NCBI GenBank assembly: GCA_030141605.1 | Contig: JAQGDQ010000027.1 | Coordinates: 620,001 to 684,000 of the forward strand | Source of the DNA: Tubiluchus corallicola | Taxonomy: Eukaryota > Animalia > Priapulida | DNA length: 64,000 bases | Reading direction: 5' to 3' | Shown: piece by piece, positions 1 to 46,043 of the stretch | Layout of the letters: each line of letters opens with the position of its first letter | Position numbering within the stretch: the stretch's first letter is position 1 | The notes under the pieces: model-generated | What the model saw: the letters and a program-made list of their open reading frames with translations, nothing else | Told to the model about the DNA's origin: nothing | The model's database searches: none | Made by a program: the position numbers and the translations under genes

Positions 1-106
1 TTTGTGGGTGGAGTGCATAGGGATGGTAGAGAAGCGGTTAACTGTTCAGGAGGGGCGCTAAAATAATTTTTTTGCCGTGGGCGTCCAGCCACTCAGAGCC
101 GGCCCT
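1..106. mobile_element. Probable end of a hAT-like MITE
   Basis: GC-rich segment ending gagccggccct (reverse complement of an AGGGCCGGCTC-type terminus); the other end lies outside the window. Confidence 0.3.
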
Positions 107-569
107 AGCTACAGCAAGAATTATTGTTAAATTTAAATAAAATTTATCTAAAACGTCACGTCTCCAGAACATTCTTCTCCGTTTATAAAAATTCTAAGTA
201 CACTGCTGATAATTTTACAAGAACTTAATAAGCTGTATCGAATAATGAAAGAAAACACTACGCGGTCAACTTCCGATTTTCAAATAAATAAAGCTTCTGA
301 TGTCTAATGCTAACCTTTTTCAATAGAACATAAGCATTTAAATAGACCTCTAGTTTTTATATAGTTACATAACTAAAAACAGGATGTATAAAAAATCATA
401 AATTGGTTTGATTACTTTGATTTCTGGTTTTATACATATATATATATAACTATATAATATTCATATATTTTTACTATAAAATCCGATTTTTACACGATAT
501 CATGACAAAAACATAAGAATCGGTGTAATTCCTTGTTTTACAACAATCCACATGGATATGAATCCAACA

Positions 570-34438
<33,869 letters not shown>

Positions 34439-36724
34439 CTTTGCACAGGTATGTTGCCTCAACACAACGTTTTTCTATAATTCCGCATTCTCGTCACAAA
34501 AACGTTTCTTCCTCCTTTTAATCTTGCTGGCGCAGTTCGAATTGCTGTAATTAGTTATAATCGGGTATCAATGTTTCTGCACAGGTGTGCAGAAAACGTG
34601 TAGCATCGTGAAGCCAGCGAATGAAGCCAAAGCGAGCGGGAAGAGAAGCCTGCCCAGTGAAGAGACACGCACGCAAGCACGACAATGCTTGGCTAGATTG
34701 GGAGACAGCACATGTACAAACTACGGTTTATTGATCACAACGTATCACCTCCATTGCCTGCCTCATTATGATTAGCAATGAAGATGCATGCAAACGTGTA
34801 TGCACCTTTCCACACATTAGAAAAATTAATTGATAACACAGCGGATGCCAGAGATTATTCACGCATGCGCGTTAGTCAGTAGAGTGTAAACATTAATTTA
34901 GCTAGAACGCTCGCTGCCTGATTCACTAACATCACATATTGATCGTAATAACAGTAATACAAAGAAAGTAAACAAACGTAAACATGACAGTTCTTTACAG
35001 CATGAAGCCATAAAAGACCTGTCAGTGCACTATGAGACATGTTCACACTACCGGGCACCAAACTTCAGAGGTAATGTGAGACGAAGGCGGTTCCTAGCTA
35101 CTGCTACTGAGGACATCTTTGGAGTAGACAGGAGACAAGATATTGAAGGAAAAATACACTTTCGCGTGGTGTGTTCTCCTTATTTTATTTTGCTTATTAA
35201 TAAAAAAAACAGACAAACAAAATGACGGTATACATTTCGTAATTATAACAAAATCTTCGCAGAAAATGCAACTTGCTTCTCGTTTTCCACGCTTTCTACA
35301 CATCCGCCTAAGCACAAAATAATCCCTACTAAGCACATTAATTATGTTCTAAACCTTACAAATGACTAATTATTAGGAAACTTTTGCTTATTTTTGAGAG
35401 AAAACACAAGAAAATTAAATTAGAGTGCCTTTAAACAAATTTAACAAATTTAAAGCCAATTTACGTCTAACGTAAGAACATTTCAAGCCGTGCGAAAATT
35501 TCTAACACTTTGCATTATTTAAAGGGATGGGTAGGTACCACATCAATAATTATAACCAATTGCGGAGGTAACATAGGACCGCTCGCAACAGATGTATTAC
35601 TAATACATCCACTTAAAATCAAAATTGAATTTAACACGCATTAAGCATTTTTTAACTGTTGAACCTCCTCATAGACTTAAAACTGCCAAAGCAGAAAAAC
35701 ACGTTAAATTATCCGGAAGAAGCCAACTAACATCATTAGGCTTTTTTGCCTAAAGCAGTAGATTTGGATAGCACTGGATAAGTACTGTGCTGCTGTTGGT
35801 GATAGCTCTGCTACAAGGCAGCACAGTCAACACACGTTGGTTCATTCTAGCAGGCCAAGAGATGTGCATAACGAGTAGAAAAGATTTAATTGCACTTCAT
35901 TGCAAACGATTTGCCTTAATTATGAGTACTGCATTCCTAATTTCCAAAAACAAGGATCACAACTACTCGTGGTAGTCGTTTTCTGAAAACGTGATACTCG
36001 CGTAGATGTGTACCTTAGATTTAATTTAGATTAGACTACATTATTTCAGCTTAAAGGCCATATAAAAACATAAAGACTGTTACGTCACGCTACAATAAAA
36101 GCTACACAATAAATACTACATTAAACAATACATACAGTAAATAAACGTTCGTATAGATGTTTATTGTTCTCAAGTTCTAGTAATTGTTTTCTAATACTGT
36201 AACAGGCTTTCCTGCAAAGGTGCGAAAATGTGGCAGTGACAAATTTACACACGAGTCAGACGCACTACAATAATAAATTGCGGTCATTTAAATATTGATA
36301 CTACCCGGTAAGTACTGATATAAAAATAAAATTCTAAATTTAATTTAGTTGCTTATAAGTGCAGCGAGAAAACTCCAAAATGACTATTCTACGATTGCGA
36401 CTGAACAGGCGTGCATTGTGAAATCCACATAGCCATTAACATCAGCCCCTGTTCTATCTTCTAATCTAAAAACTAAAATTTAAGCGGAAACAGAGACTAA
36501 AACCTGAAACTACGAAAAAATTAATTACAACCGTGGAAGTCACAAAGTCCTCAAACATGCAAGGATCAGTGGCCCATCAATGCCCAGGCTGCTAAAGAGT
36601 AGACAAGTGACCTGCTAACCCGTTGGTTAAATCTGAAGAATCTAAAGGCTAACCCTCTAGCCCTGTTTGAGCAGAACACCAGAGTTGCACGTCCCTCCAC
36701 GGAGCTCGTTTAGTTTTTTATCCA

Positions 36725-36870
36725 ATTATCTCATTATAACGACACAGCTATCATTATTACGAGTTATTATCTCGTTACAACGAGATACTACCTCATTACA
36801 ACGACTTAATATCTCGCATAACGACATAGCTATCTGATTATAATTACGTAAAGTTATCTCGTTATAACTT
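36725..36870. repeat. Degenerate ~22-bp palindromic minisatellite (atctcgttataacgagat-like)
   Basis: Repeated atctcgtta(t/c)aacga units. Confidence 0.75.
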
Positions 36871-37559
36871 AGAAGTACTCTTCAATAGGCAGGTGATTAT
36901 CATTAAGAGTGCTTAAAAATATCAAATATCAAATTCCTGTGGAATTTTGTTCTCTCTTTTGACCTGGCTTTTCTCATTGGAAATGTTCAGCCCACTGACT
37001 GTAGAGGAGGTGAAACCATTTCTGCCGAACATTCTGGCAATGTGTTACCCTGCTTCCTGCCATTGATCAGTCAGTAGTTAACGGTATTAATAAAGTGATT
37101 TATAATTTATTCAGATAAAAACGCGTTAGCAACTTAGCAGATCGAAATGTTATGCACAAGTATCACGTACCATGGAAAGTGGCAACTCCTACTGGCCACT
37201 TGCTTTAAATTGTGGATTGCTGATTATTTTCTATACTTTCCAGTAATACTAGTGTAAGTCAGAAAAACACAAGAACTTCAATATTACCTGAGTCACAAAG
37301 AGATATTATTAGCGATTATTTGACACTTCAAGACCAATCGCTAAAACATGTAATTTACAGAATAGTAGAGATTTTAGATTGAGTTTTAACAAAGTCACAT
37401 CTGCGGACCAATAAAAAAGTTATCCAGTGCTTTCACGTAATGCAATAATATGTATGCATTACCAGTAGTTTTTGTGCCCGAAAACTAAAAACTAAATACT
37501 TATTCTGATCGAGCTATTCAATGTGCGTCCTGCAATGATAAACGGTTATGACTGTGAAT

Positions 37560-38680
37560 TAAATATGACAAGAAATTTAGTTCAAATTAAATATGTTAAA
37601 CTTAATTAATATTAGCAATTAAATATCTTTTCAAGATCCTCATTACCAACCCAAACATTTACTCTCACTAAGCTTCGCATGCCTATTATTCTACATAATA
37701 CATTTAACTAAAAGAGGTGTAACAATCTAATCACGGCACGAGTGGGTGTAACGATAAATGATCATTACCATGATATAAGTGATGATCAGTAAAATATGAC
37801 AAGCAATTTAATTTAAACTTTAAACTTATTATTTAATGACCTTGACAGAAACCTGATTACCGACCCGAAAAGCATCATTATCTAAAGCTTGGTGTGTCCC
37901 TAGCAATGTATTATTGTACATAATACATTTACCTAAACGAGGTGTAGCAATTTAATCATGGTGTAAGTAATGATAAATTGTTATTACCACAACAAGACAT
38001 GATGAATAAAATGTAACAAATAATTTAATTAAAACTATTGTGTTAAATTTGATGAGTATAACGTTTGTCCTGGACAAGATCTTGACTACTGGCTTAAAAA
38101 GTAACACTCACTAAAGCTTGGTATACCTATTATTCTATATAATACATACGACTGAATGAGGTGTAACAAACTAGCCATGGCACGACATGGTGTAACGGTA
38201 AATGGTCATTACCATGATATAACGATAAGATGCAACAAGTAATTTAATTGAAGCTAGCTGCATTAAATTTAATTAATCTGACTAGTTCATAACTTTTATA
38301 AGGTTCAGACCTGCTGGCATAAAAGTAACACTCAGTAAAGCTTGGTATGCCTATCATTCTACACAATACATTTGACTAAATATGCTGTAACAATCTAATC
38401 GTGGTGTATGTAATGATAAATGGTCATTACCACAATATATGACATGATAGGATATAGCAAGTAATTTAATTAAAACTGTTGTGTTAAAATTGATTAGTAT
38501 TATGTTTGTCCTTGACAAAATCCTAATTACTGGTCTAAAAAAATAACGCTCACTGAAACTTGGCATTAATTCTTAGTATTCTACATAATACGTTTCACTA
38601 AATAAGGTGTAACAAATTAGTCATGGCACGACGGGGTGTAACAATAAATGGTCATTACCATGATATTGTGATGAATAAAG
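37560..38680. repeat. ~222-bp satellite, 5 diverged monomers
   Basis: Marker ggtgtaacaa...taaatggtcattacca at about 37716, 37941, 38160, 38385 and 38606. Confidence 0.88.
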
Positions 38681-40009
38681 TATATATAACATGTATAGCA
38701 ATAAGCAAATAACTTATTTAATTTAAGTAACTCGTGATTCCAACCATCTTGCATGGTAACCTACCATAAGCAGAATGTCCAAAAGTATGGCGTTCTCCTG
38801 CTGTTGAATTTTGTGTCCTCAGTCCTAGAATATCTGTACATGTTTTATTTTAATACGAATATTTCTATTTCTCACAACAAAGAAATTGGGAAGTGGGAAT
38901 CTCTGCCAATATAAAGTTGTACAGCTTTTAAATTTCATATCGACCTACCCGGTCGATGACTTTCACATTGATTACGTTACATCACTTACCCTTTCCATTA
39001 CCCTATGATCATTTCACATCCTTTAAGTACTTGAAATCTTACAGCGCACTTTTCTTGACATTACTGAAATAAACTAAAGAGTAAAAAAGGGTAAAGAAAA
39101 TATTAATAAAACAAAGGTTATACACGGAATCATGGATGCTATAATAAAAGAATCATGCTAAGGTGTTGCATGTTGCTGATGTTTACACGGAGGGAGCACC
39201 CATAATGTGCTGCGAAATATCTGTTTGTTAGCAAATAGTTAGCAAATAAAAGCACAATTCTTTTATTATAACATCCAAGATTTCGTCTTTAATCTTTATT
39301 TTATTAAAGGAGAATTGGGATCCTTTTTGTAAGGACCATAATCGTAGAGTTTGAAGATTTAAAACGAATTTTATCCGAAGCATTCATTAAAATTGCTGTA
39401 ATATTCATTTCATTTCTGGAGTCAGCTAACATGATTTTTGTAGTCGCTTTACTCCATGATATCCTGTCACCAGCAACCTTCCATGTTTCTGCATTTTTAT
39501 GTCTATTATAATGGTGTGTTGATAAGATCTTTTTGGGTGAAATTAATGTAAGTCAGCAGCTGTCATCCTTGCGGTTTCTTTCTTTCTTCAGTACTTCTTT
39601 AAAAGTTAACTTTAATGGGCCGTCCTCTGGTAATCGTGTAAAATCCTGCAACAGAACCTTCTCCAATAAATTTGCAGATGGTAGTCAAGACACTGTTGCT
39701 ATAGACGTAATAGCGACTACTTATGACATCATTGATTAACGCTCACAAGTAATTTCAAGCTATTCGCTGCGTAAATTTTTTGCAGTGTATTTATACTGAC
39801 GAAACTGTTTAAAGTGTTCTGTTTTGGTTCTCATGTGTTAGGCAAAAATTTATACATTTCTCTGCAAGTTCTAAGGGAAACCAGTAACATGCCAATGTGA
39901 AAGTGACAAAAGACTAAATTCATCAGGACTAGTACAGACCGTGAGGAACATAGTCAAACAAATTTTAAAACACAGAAACAGGAGAGTGCGGCAAGGTACC
40001 ATCGATTAA

Positions 40010-40320
40010 ACTTGAGTTTTAAGAATTGGACGGTGCTTCATAATGTATAAGGCCTCTGCTATGTTGAGATCGCGAACATTACTTGCACTATATAAAATGT
40101 TGAATGCAGAGTTGAAGCTGTCCCAATCACCTCCGCATGCAATATGGTGAGAGCCAAACTGCCCTTGCGGTGCTCCCCAATTCTAGTACAAAGACGACGC
40201 TTCGTCTGATCGATGTAAGATGCCTGGCTCACACCACAGGTGTACTCATACACAACATTAGAACGTAATAATTTGTGAGTGTCTTTTGTCACTGGTAGAC
40301 ATGAGAAAAGCTTCACTGTA
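40010..40320 (-). pseudogene. Penelope-like element GIY-YIG endonuclease remnant
   Basis: SNVVYEYTCGVSQASYIDQTKRRLCTRIGEH, followed after a frameshift by IAEALYIMKHRPILKTQ. Confidence 0.8.
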
Positions 40321-41916
40321 ATCAGAACTGCATCACTTTTTGCAGAATATCTATATACATCAGTAGTTGACCCCCCCTCTCAGGTTTTTTGTTTTTTCAG
40401 AAGCTTTGCGTAATGCTATAGGAAAAGAAGACTCTTGAGGTAATCTTAGTGCACGCCCAATCGAATACATTCTTCTTACTTGTATTTGTTTACTTCGAAG
40501 ATTCTTCTTCTTCACCACATCACACAGATCATTATTGGATGTTCTGCCAGGCTATTTAATAGCTAACAATTTTCTATAGAGACGTCTTTGAAAAGCGTCA
40601 ATTTCCTTCTGCTGTTTAACTTTTATTGTCCATCAAGAATTTGTTGCCATGAAGTCCTATTACGAGTAAACGTTTGTGACGTCACAGAAGACATGAATAA
40701 CTAATTATACTACTAATGAATAACAAAGTTTTAATCCAGACAATCTTAAATCATTAGATATGGGAGAGATACATTTACTTCATGTAATACTGATTTAAAA
40801 GCATTTTAAATGATTTTCAAAAAAGGACGAAATTGGTTAAATTTGTCTTGAAAGAACTTGGTTGCCATATTGTTTTTTACTTTGTTATCTCCATCAGTAT
40901 CATTATAGCAATTAGCAATTACAAAAATTAAAGGCAAACTCCTAAGACGTTATTAATAAATGAACACTTATTTTATTGAAAAGTGCATAGCACAGTCATG
41001 GTGTCATTTTATGGAGCGAAATCTGCCGCAGTTTATTGCTAATAATAATAATAGCAAAAGCGCGATGCATGCACGTGTCCACTCTAGATTAAATCTCGAG
41101 TTCTACGCCACGCCCAGTCGAATTTTTTGTATTGTCCTGAAGGTCATGTCCTGGAAGGTAGCCATTAAGCTCTCGTTTTTCGAAAAAAAAATTGCGCCAA
41201 GATCTGATGGATTTTTAGACACTTAAGTATCGTTTCAATGGGAAAATCTTTTGATTGGCATGACGTCAACAAAAAACATTATACTCCTTCTACCGCAAAC
41301 GCCGTGGCGTTCTTGGCAACAATACTAACACTCTAATTTTATTAAAGCAGTTGCTTTTACGATAAATTCATTATAAGCACTGTATTATTATAAAAGCTCA
41401 GTATCCATTACAACCTTAATACGTTGGGTTTAGCGAGTTCTTTTATAAAACAGCAAACGTCACAGTGAACAGCGTTGTCATGGCAATAATAGATTGTCAG
41501 AGATGACCGTATTCATCTTCTTCCTTTTTATCTTTTGGCACGAAAATGTACATAGCTTATTAAATTTGATACGTGTTCATAAATGAATGTTTGTAGAGGG
41601 CCACGAACAATCTACAATCTGAAATCTACGGCATAGCCTTTACGTATATATTACGTGTGTGTTTAACCCTTAGACCAAAATGTCATTAAACCCAAATTGA
41701 ATTGATTGTGAAGAAATCAAATCCACGATTTAGCACAAAGTTAGTAAGAATATAACGGCACAGGAAAAAACGATTTTATCTTTTTCTGAATTCAGTAAGA
41801 AGGCCTTATACATTCACATATTATTAGCACAACTACTAATATTAAACGTATCAGAGAAATGACGTTACAAACCCGCAAAATATTAAATTTTGATGCCAAA
41901 CTTGAATTATGGGAAG

Positions 41917-42050
41917 TGTGAAAAGTCGGGATGGAGCCTGATTTGAACCAGGGATCTTCTGCTTACATTGCACGTGACTTAGTGGCCAGTCATCGCACTA
42001 CCGCCTCTCTCAGTGATCAAGGCGTCCGCATTTCATCCCTTATAGCTGGC
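41917..42050 (-). mobile_element. tRNA-like repeat, copy 2
   Basis: The reverse complement gccttgatca...gtaagcagaagatccctggttcaaatcaggctccatcccgacttttcaca aligns by eye with 4074-4173. Confidence 0.65.
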
Positions 42051-42189
42051 CAACTAAATTAGCAATTGAGAGCAATTACAATGTTTGAGCGCCCGCAATA
42101 GCAATAGCGTGATTTTAATTATTTGGTTTAATTTTTATTTGATTAATCTTGTGTTTGAAATTTTCGTGGGTGATTAATTAATTTATTTA

Positions 42190-42235
42190 TTTATTATTAT
42201 TATTAATATTATTGTTGTTGTTGTTGTTGTTGTTG

Positions 42236-42289
<54 letters not shown>
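42190..42289. repeat. (TTA)n/(TTG)n microsatellite
   Basis: Direct reading of the sequence. Confidence 0.95.
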
Positions 42290-42381
42290 GCTCTTAATGT
42301 CAAGATTATTATTAATGATGTTGCAAACCCATGATTGATTAAACTTTGACCCCAAACTTGAGAGACAAGAAATGCGCCTCC

Positions 42382-42541
<160 letters not shown>

Positions 42542-44720
42542 TTCTCTCTCTCCCTTCCATCATTTTATCTACCTCTGTCTCTTTCTCTGTTTCTTTTTCT
42601 TTTTACCGTCCTCTTCCCTTCCTATCCGTAATTAGTACTTGCATCGCTCTCAAAATTGATTTTGGATAAATCTTAATTACTAGACACTAGGTGGCGATAC
42701 AAACACAGAATTATTCAACACCATCCTAGCTTACTCTTCAGCCACATTAGGTACAATAGTAATCATGATAATAAGCAGACGTAAATGTTGTTATGATGAT
42801 GATAATGCTAACATTATGACGATGATGACGCTGACGACAACGAAATGATGATGACGCCGGTAAGACAGTGATAATGATAATGATGTTAATGGCAATGATT
42901 AAGATGGCAATGACAAAAGTAATAGCAATGATGATGGCGATTACGACAATAGTGGAAATAGCGGTTAGTAATTTCAGGAAGCGCTTCAACATTTTTTTAT
43001 GACAAAGGCTACAGCAGATACAAACTTTTTAAGACCCACCAAGCGTTCAGTCAACACAAACAGGAAAAATGCGTAGGTAAAGAAATAATGTGTTTGCTTA
43101 TCATCCAGGTGCTAAAATAGTTAAAATTGTGACTGAAGGACAAGCGTCATGCACTTGGAATTTTTTATTTGTGGCTGGACATCACTTCTCGAAAACCTTG
43201 AAAACATGAACGTCAAGATCTAATAGTTTTAAAATACAATAATTTTCTTCTTTTTACAGAACAACACAAATTAAATGCCTCAAAACAGTATTAGAAACGT
43301 TTCATTTATATGTAAACGTAGACGACGGGAATAAGTGAGTATATTTGCTTGATACTGTCTGTGCTGCAACGTTAGTAAAAGGATGACTGTGCTTTTGCGA
43401 GGTTAACTGGCTCATATTATACCTGGTTCTTCTTGTGTGGAGTTATATAGGTATACGTTCAATGTCTCACCTTATATAAATATTATTGATTACAGGCAAG
43501 ATTTCGGTAATTATAATAAGTTACTTCTACCACCATGCTCATTGCTATCTTACACAGTGAAGGTACTGAAGGTACACAATTTACACAGATTATTTTATAA
43601 TGCATATAATACAGTAAATGCTTAGAAAATGTGCAGTTTAGGGTGACGGCTCTTGTAAAGTGAAAAGTTAATTTAATAAGTAAACATTTCTTCCATGATC
43701 GTGCAGCTTTAGTAAACTGTTGTCCTGCACATTGCCTGCTGTTGCCTATTTTCGAGTGAAAACAATTAGTAGGTGTAAAGACAGGATGTCTGCCTTTTAT
43801 ATAGCAATATTCTGCATGCATTCAGAAGTAGTTACCCTTGGAGATGAGATTGGAAAATTACAGAAAATGGACGTTCAGAGGTGGCATTCATGGCTGACAT
43901 AAGCAGCGATGATCAAATGCCGTGGTTGCACCGTGACGATAATGACACATTATGCTAACAAACTACGATCACAACAATTGTCCTCTTGTCGTAAAGGACA
44001 CGTGAAAGTTGTAAAAAGCATAATTAGCCACAAAAGCGCATGAAAGGAGATGCACGCAAACGTATAAACCGGAAAACTAAAACAGCCTCTTCATAAAGGG
44101 CGGGTAGGAGGGGTGACTCGCATACACTGTAATAAATCGCACTAGAGAAGGCAAAATGCACAAGGCACTCACCAACAATCTTCTGAATCTGTTACTACAG
44201 TTAAAACTAACTACCATTTCAAATGTAAATCATCTTAATTAAGTAAACTGTGCTCATACATCATTATCTTTAGGTTGAATAAAAAAGAAACTGGCTTCAT
44301 ATTACGAGAGTTTGAGTTACTTCTGTTTGTTCCAGGTTGTACAACATTTAATTTGGTCCATAGATACAGATATAGGGAAAGTGTAGTCTTACATAAAGTG
44401 CTATTAACTTTTTGCTTCAATAGCTTGATGGGAATGACCAATAATTGAAAAAATTACTGTAAAGTATTTATAAAAGGCACTGTTTGCAATACACATATCT
44501 AGAACAAACAAAATTTCTGTATATACTGCAATTATTTTAATTTTTTAACAATGGATACAGCTTTCTGTTTCCATTGTTTCTGTTTGTTTCTCAATTCAAC
44601 AGCTCTCTAAATTTACAGGCAGCGTATTTAAGATTTTCGCGTTGCGCTCACAACATGTCGTCGAGTCCAACTCAACAGACTTAAATTTTGGTTGTGGAAA
44701 AGTTCAGCTTAGAAAAAAAT

Positions 44721-46043
44721 TTAGTCTCTACGATAAAATGAATCCCTTGGCCTGTAACCATTGCCTTTGTTGCTGACTGCAAAGGGATCATTGATCGTTG
44801 CAGTGGCAGAACTAACTCTGAACGTTGGTGTTAAATCTCTGGATGAAAACAATCTAGCACCAAGATTTGATGACGATGGCGACAGCGCGAGACGAGGATG
44901 CTTAGACGGTGACGGCATCATTGGAATGAATTCAGTCTGCCGTGCTCTTGCAGATTTTTTAGGTAGACGCGACTGACCAAAAAAGTTGTTGAAAAAATCA
45001 TCGCCAAATCCCAAACTTGAACCAAGCCCGAGCCCTAAATTGGCAGAACCAAACTTAGGATCATCAAATCCTGTCATGCGGAAGCTGCCCCTAGGTGATT
45101 CAGATTTAGACAATGATCTATATCCCTTCCTGGATGACTTCCCTTTTGGTTTATTGTCCTTTAAGGTAGAAAGCCTCGAGCTGCGACTGTTTCCTAACTT
45201 GATGGAATCGAATCGCTTGAAAGGATTAGAAAAGAAATCAGTGTCGAAGTCCCAATCTTTCAATGACTTTTTGTCCGGTTTTGTCCTCGACTGCCGAGAG
45301 CTTCGTCGGTTTTCAATTTTTCGGAATCCTTTATCAATTTTTGAAACAGATGCGGTGTCGAGTCGCCGCAGCGGCCTGAGAAAGAAATCCGCATCATCGT
45401 CAAGTTCTCTTGTACCGAACTTAGCGATAAGCGGTAGTAGGCTGTGATTGTCGCTGAGGATATTGGGATACATGCGATGGGGCGGATCCGTGGGTTTTTC
45501 CGGTTTAGCTGCTTTGTTTCCGTTTTTCCAATAAGTTATTTTTGGCTTCTTGTCTCCGGGATTCTTTTCGATCAAAACTCTTTCACTGCTGTAGAAAGGT
45601 TTAAACTTTGTGACAGGTTTTCGATCAGAGCTATCTGCATCTCTGTTCCATTCAAATCCCTTGCTTATGGAATATTTTTCACCAAGCAGACCAGAAGAGC
45701 CGCCAGACGAAAGGTAATTCTTGTCACTAGGTGATTCGCTTTTGAACATTTGAAAATCTACATCAGGCAATGAGAAGTCCTTAAATAATAAACTGTCTCC
45801 AAAATTATCGCTGCTAAATCTATCCATTCCAAAAGGAGTTGTGCCAAATCGGTTGTTAATCGATGATTCTTGAAAACTGTCTGAGAAGAATGGGTCGTCT
45901 AAGAGGCTCCTTCCCCTGGTGGTCGAATATGACATTCTGCCAGGCCTGCTGTACAATGGCGTGCTGGCATAGAATCTGTTATTGACAGAACGACCACCAA
46001 ATCCATTATAATTACCAGCAGCCGAGAGGTCACTGAGACACGC
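44721..46043 (-). CDS. Large terminal exon of the secreted protein (S/F/D/K/R/G-rich, likely disordered)
   Basis: 1323-nt open frame following the strong acceptor ttttattttctttccag; higher GC than the flanks. Confidence 0.88.
   Translation of the reverse strand, partial: ACLSDLSAAGNYNGFGGRSVNNRFYASTPLYSRPGRMSYSTTRGRSLLDDPFFSDSFQESSINNRFGTTPFGMDRFSSDNFGDSLLFKDFSLPDVDFQMFKSESPSDKNYLSSGGSSGLLGEKYSISKGFEWNRDADSSDRKPVTKFKPFYSSERVLIEKNPGDKKPKITYWKNGNKAAKPEKPTDPPHRMYPNILSDNHSLLPLIAKFGTRELDDDADFFLRPLRRLDTASVSKIDKGFRKIENRRSSRQSRTKPDKKSLKDWDFDTDFFSNPFKRFDSIKLGNSRSSRLSTLKDNKPKGKSSRKGYRSLSKSESPRGSFRMTGFDDPKFGSANLGLGLGSSLGFGDDFFNNFFGQSRLPKKSARARQTEFIPMMPSPSKHPRLALSPSSSNLGARLFSSRDLTPTFRVSSATATINDPFAVSNKGNGYRPRDSFYRRD

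Noticed and set aside
39300-39740. Coding-like composition on the minus strand (and likewise at 50.5-50.85 kb)
   Set aside because: Frequent stops, no recognisable motif or consistent splice frame; possibly an old transposon relic but unsupported.
44761-45734. Plus-strand ORFs (71, 153 and 96 aa) overlapping the 464-aa ORF
   Set aside because: Antisense shadows of the real minus-strand exon; no independent start or splice support.
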